From positions 1,860,001 through 1,924,000 of the forward strand of contig NC_047022.1 of assembly GCF_902652985.1 (NCBI RefSeq): a stretch of 64,000 bases of DNA. Direction: 5' to 3'. This DNA comes from Pecten maximus. Lineage: Eukaryota. Numbering within the stretch: the first letter of the stretch is position 1; each line of letters begins with the position of its first letter. Position numbers and translations under genes: made by a program. Below, in pieces: positions 61,801 to 64,000 of this stretch. The notes under the pieces were generated by a model. The model made no database searches. It worked only from the letters and a program-made list of their open reading frames with translations, and was not told where the DNA came from.

Positions 61801-63955
61801 TTTCAGTAGATAATGTAGGTGACTTTATTTTCAGTAGATAATTATATAATGTAGGTGACTTTATTTTCTGTAGATAATGTAGGTAACTTTATTTTCACAA
61901 GATAATGTAGGTGACTTTATTTTCAGTAGATATTGTAGGTGACTTTATTTTCAGTAGATAATGTAGGTGACTTTATTTTCAGTAGATAATGTAGGTGACT
62001 TTATTTTCAGTAGATAATTATATAATGTAGGTGACTTTATTTTCAGTAGATAATGTAGGTGACTTTATTTTCAGTAGATAATGTAGGCGACTTTATGTTC
62101 AGTAGATAATGTAGGTGACTTTATGTTCAGTAGATAATGTAGGTGATTTTATTTTCAGTAGATAATGTAGGTGACTTTATTTTCAGTAGATAATGTAGGT
62201 GACTTTATTTTCAGTAGATAATGTAGGTGACTTTATGTTCAGTAGATAATGTAGGTACACTTTATTTTCAGTAGATAATGTAGGTGACTTTATTTTCAGT
62301 AGATAATGTAGGTACACTTTATTTTCAGTAGATAATGTAGGTACACTTTATTTTCAGTAGATAATGTAGGTGACTTTATTTTCAGTAGATAATGTAGGTG
62401 ACTTTATTTTCTGTAGATAATGTAGGTGACTTTATGTTCAGTAGATAATGTAGGTGACTTTATTTTCTGTAGATAATGTAGGTGACTTTATGTTCAGTAG
62501 ATTATGTAGGTGACTTTATTTTCAGTAGATAATGTAGGTGACTTTGTTCTAAGGTTTGCTAATCTGTTTGTAGTGTACAATTTACCATGGAAGCTGAGAA
62601 TCGAGCCGGGGTTGTACGAGTGGACCGGCTATCAAGCTGGGGTTCCACGGTGGATGGCACCCTCCGAACTCTTACAACACGGCTACCCAGTGGATACGAC
62701 CTATGTTCCACAGTATCCACGAGAAAGACTTGTGGAGGATGAACCCGTGGAGGTGTTATATGCCAGGTCGACAGAAACCACAAAACAGATCCTCAAAAAC
62801 CACGAATTGGAAGGTATTTAGGGTTCAGTGGGTTTAATTGTAAATAGTGTACATACATTGTAGTGATGAAGTTGGTGAAATATAGAAAGCCATTATCCAG
62901 CTAACGCAGCTTACATTTTCAATGCAGTGATGAGCAGTGAAAATATAAGTTTTTCATTTTTGACCAATCAGAGCAAACCTTTGTATTCACCTCATTGAAA
63001 CACCCAATTGCAACTTACAAAGCATGGGTTTGTTATCTCAAATGAAATCACATGATTTATTACACTAGGAGAAATCTCCCCTTAGTTCAGTAGAGCTGTT
63101 TATTGCATTTTTACCAGTGAAATATAGAAAACCATTATCAAGCTAACAAAGCTTATAGTTTCACAGCAGTGATGCGCAGTGAAAATATATGTTTTGCAGT
63201 GAAAATATAAGTTTTTCATTTTTGACCAATCAGAGTGAACCTTTGTATTCACCTCATTGAAACACCCACTTACACAGCCTGAGATAATCCCAAATGAAAT
63301 CACACGATTTATTACACTAGGAGAAATCCCCCTTTAGCTCAGTAGAGCTGTTTATTGCATTTTTGCCTGTGAAATATAGAAAACCGTTATCAAGCTTACA
63401 AAGCTTAAATTTTCACTGGATGTTTTTGAAATGTTCTGATTGGCTGGATGTGTTTGAGATGTTCTGATTGGTTGGATATGTTTGAGATGTTCTGATTGGC
63501 TGGATGTATTTGAAATGTTCTGATTGGCTGGATGTGTTTGAGAAGTTCTGATTGGTTGGATGTATTTGAGATGTTCTGATTGGTTGGATGTGTTTGAGAT
63601 GCTCTGATTGGCTGGATGTGTTTGAGATATTCTGATTGGCTGGATGTGTTTGAGATGTTCTGATTGGCTGGATGTGTTTGTGATACTTTGATTGGTTATT
63701 TTGTATGTTGTAGGTGGGAACCTGTTATTCGTTGGACATGCTGGAACGTTGGAGCTGTGTACTAGACTTTTAGTGGGAAAAGGTGCCCGCAATATCAATG
63801 ACTATAAAAAAATTCTACCCAAAGTGCCATATTGCTGTGTTTGTGCAATAGAGGAGGACCCAGCCAGAAAGAAATGGGCAATGATAGAACCGCCATCTCT
63901 ACCCCTGACACACGGCCGTAACTATAGTCAAAGAATCATACCTTTGTTGCAGTGA
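40731..63955 (+). CDS. UBASH3B: UBASH3/Sts/TULA homolog (UBA, 2H phosphoesterase, SH3, histidine phosphatase), 12 exons, 648 aa
   Basis: Exons 40731-40843, 41468-41521, 41919-42105, 45425-45617, 48707-48876, 49520-49728, 51242-51452, 52541-52655, 55334-55453, 57790-57882, 62574-62813, 63714-63955; total 1947 nt, all GT-AG, phases consistent. Motifs LLQMGF (UBA), PHITL and LHMTL (2H), DELEL..GW..G.FP (SH3), RHGERVD, SPSLRCVQTA, EPGLYEW, VGHA. Probably the single pro-ortholog of UBASH3A/B. Confidence 0.93.
41468..41521 (+). CDS. UBASH3B: UBASH3 exon 2
   Basis: EKAIAATGDSGVQLASDW (UBA domain). Confidence 0.87.
41919..42105 (+). CDS. UBASH3B: UBASH3 exon 3
   Basis: LLSHVNDPHLD...REYILYLCPQG...FPHITLCPFFT. 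Confidence 0.92.
42309..44794. mobile_element. 2.5-kb non-autonomous DNA transposon, TTAA TSD, AG...CT termini (Kolobok-like)
   Basis: TTAA|AGTGTACCCTGAACGAAAAA ... TTTTTCGTTCAGGGTACACT|TTAA, perfect 20-bp TIR. Confidence 0.85.
44865..45360. repeat. Degenerate 42-bp minisatellite
   Basis: Unit tagctattccagtcaccttccctcctccctgtccttggtgtc. Confidence 0.85.
45425..45617 (+). CDS. UBASH3B: UBASH3 exon 4
   Basis: gtAG|GTA GAG; ...KLDFFSQINFIGLFV...; CAG|GTAAGA. Confidence 0.88.
45674..45756. mobile_element. Tiny piggyBac-like MITE inserted in a TTAA of the 30-bp repeat
   Basis: TTAA|ccctttcaacccta ... taggggtgaaaaag|TTAA; the flanks rejoin as repeat unit ggtattaagttt. Confidence 0.6.
45760..48720 (+). 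repeat. 30-bp minisatellite (~96 copies) of the UBASH3 exon 5 acceptor junction
   Basis: Unit tcacactgttttacAG|GTattaagtttgag; the last copy continues as exon 5 (GIKFEPHKKQLHMTL). Confidence 0.97.
48707..48876 (+). CDS. UBASH3B: UBASH3 exon 5
   Basis: GIKFEPHKKQLHMTLAYQY...WEFRLYSRD; GAG|GTAACT. The exact acceptor is ambiguous (48646, 48676 or 48706). Confidence 0.88.
48900..49123 (-). mobile_element. Full-length tRNA-derived SINE (V-domain-like)
   Basis: Minus strand: GGGGCCGCGG, A box TGGCCGAGTGG, B box GTTCGAAAC, core GGTTTTTCTCCGGGTACTTCAGGTTTCCTCCAC, (CAAAC)n tail. Confidence 0.85.
49520..49728 (+). CDS. UBASH3B: UBASH3 exon 6 (SH3)
   Basis: VRKVLKAYTPQLGDELELIDGD...GWYSGISWLTGNSGYFPGTYT...WTLHR. 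Confidence 0.92.
49725..50235 (+). repeat. ~29-bp composite minisatellite starting at the exon 6 donor
   Basis: acAG|GTgtgtacacataag recurs (~49915, ~50075, ~50180), interleaved with aatacAG|GTga(g/c)acatgt.tttgtatgt units. Confidence 0.88.
50238..51075. repeat. 39-bp minisatellite (~21 copies)
   Basis: Unit ctcattgaggagatctgaacgtctggtgtgatgatctgt. Confidence 0.95.
51242..51452 (+). CDS. UBASH3B: UBASH3 exon 7 (Pro-rich linker)
   Basis: tacAG|A TCC CTA CCG ATG; ends CAG|GTAGGT; phase fits exons 6 and 8. Confidence 0.8.
51893..52280 (+). repeat. ~31-bp minisatellite (~12 copies) of the UBASH3 exon 8 acceptor junction
   Basis: Unit ttttgtgttttaattttgatggccAG|GTaaa is identical to the real acceptor at 52515-52545. 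Confidence 0.9.
52281..52512 (-). mobile_element. Probable retroposon (LINE) 3' fragment interrupting the acceptor array
   Basis: Minus strand ends AATAAAAC(TTGAAC)n, a microsatellite tail typical of CR1/L2-type elements. Confidence 0.45.
52541..52655 (+). CDS. UBASH3B: UBASH3 exon 8 (RHG catalytic motif)
   Basis: VKKKPPLSEPRKLFVVRHGERVDFALGKEWFDMCFNDD. Confidence 0.93.
52672..54915. repeat. 14-bp minisatellite (~2.2 kb)
   Basis: Unit acaccacgatccta. Confidence 0.95.
55334..55453 (+). CDS. UBASH3B: UBASH3 exon 9
   Basis: GNYKRSNLNLQRELPKRKTHLEFIKDPPLTVIGLHQAKLTG; CAG|GTAAGA. Confidence 0.92.
55450..55890 (+). repeat. Degenerate (acAG|GTaaa) array following the exon 9 donor
   Basis: About 20 copies of caggta(a/g) or taggtaa within ~440 bp. 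Confidence 0.75.
55973..57692. repeat. 42-bp minisatellite (~41 copies)
   Basis: Unit agactagagtcacaatatttacagacttccaataaactaaac. Confidence 0.96.
57790..57882 (+). CDS. UBASH3B: UBASH3 exon 10
   Basis: GENLLESGSTVFCIYCSPSLRCVQTATEIFK; AAG|GTAAGC. Confidence 0.92.
58066..59877. repeat. 48-bp minisatellite (~38 copies)
   Basis: Unit atatcaatatgagacaggagttgtattgtatggtgacgtctggccgcc. Confidence 0.96.
60524..62545 (+). repeat. 28-bp minisatellite (~72 copies) just upstream of the exon 11 acceptor
   Basis: Unit gactttattttcagtagataatgtaggt. Confidence 0.96.
62574..62813 (+). CDS. UBASH3B: UBASH3 exon 11
   Basis: tttgtAG|TG TAC; YNLPWKLRIEPGLYEWTGY...GYPVDTTYVP...; AAG|GTATTT. Confidence 0.9.
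63417..63697. repeat. 28-bp minisatellite (~10 copies) before the exon 12 acceptor
   Basis: Unit ggatgtgtttgagatgttctgattggct. Confidence 0.9.
63714..63955 (+). CDS. UBASH3B: UBASH3 exon 12 (terminal)
   Basis: GGNLLFVGHAGTLELCTR...KVPYC...PPSLPLTHGRN...LLQ*. Confidence 0.92.
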
Positions 63956-64000
63956 CGTCACACAGACTCTTAAGAAATCGCCATGTTACTGAGTCCATAC

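Noticed and set aside
4927-62545. CRISPR-like appearance of 28-48-bp repeats
   Set aside because: Units are head-to-tail with no unique spacers, there are no cas genes, and the context is eukaryotic with spliced genes.

Overview
AT-rich eukaryotic (animal) genomic DNA. The repeat landscape (V-domain-like tRNA SINE, Helentron/HINE-type element with a central satellite) suggests a bivalve mollusc; this is inference. Five protein-coding genes can be built by hand with GT-AG introns and consistent phases: PLBD2 (minus strand, 9 exons in window, 3' end off the left edge); a PHETA/sesquipedalian PH-domain gene head-to-head with it; a two-exon MPPED-like metallophosphoesterase; an SSNA1/NA14-like coiled-coil gene with an upstream RFX X-box; and a complete 12-exon UBASH3/Sts gene (648 aa). 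Most long ORFs in the track are artefacts of minisatellites. The most striking pattern is that many intronic minisatellites are tandem amplifications of the gene's own exon-intron junction (seven arrays plus one two-copy duplication across PLBD2 and UBASH3). All seven arrays sit at AG|GT junctions, so intact copies are both acceptor and donor, giving arrays of up to ~96 candidate recursive splice sites. Also present: a 155-bp satellite with higher-order structure, a satellite apparently built from a pogo/Tc1-like terminal repeat, a TTAA-flanked Kolobok-like element and nested MITEs.
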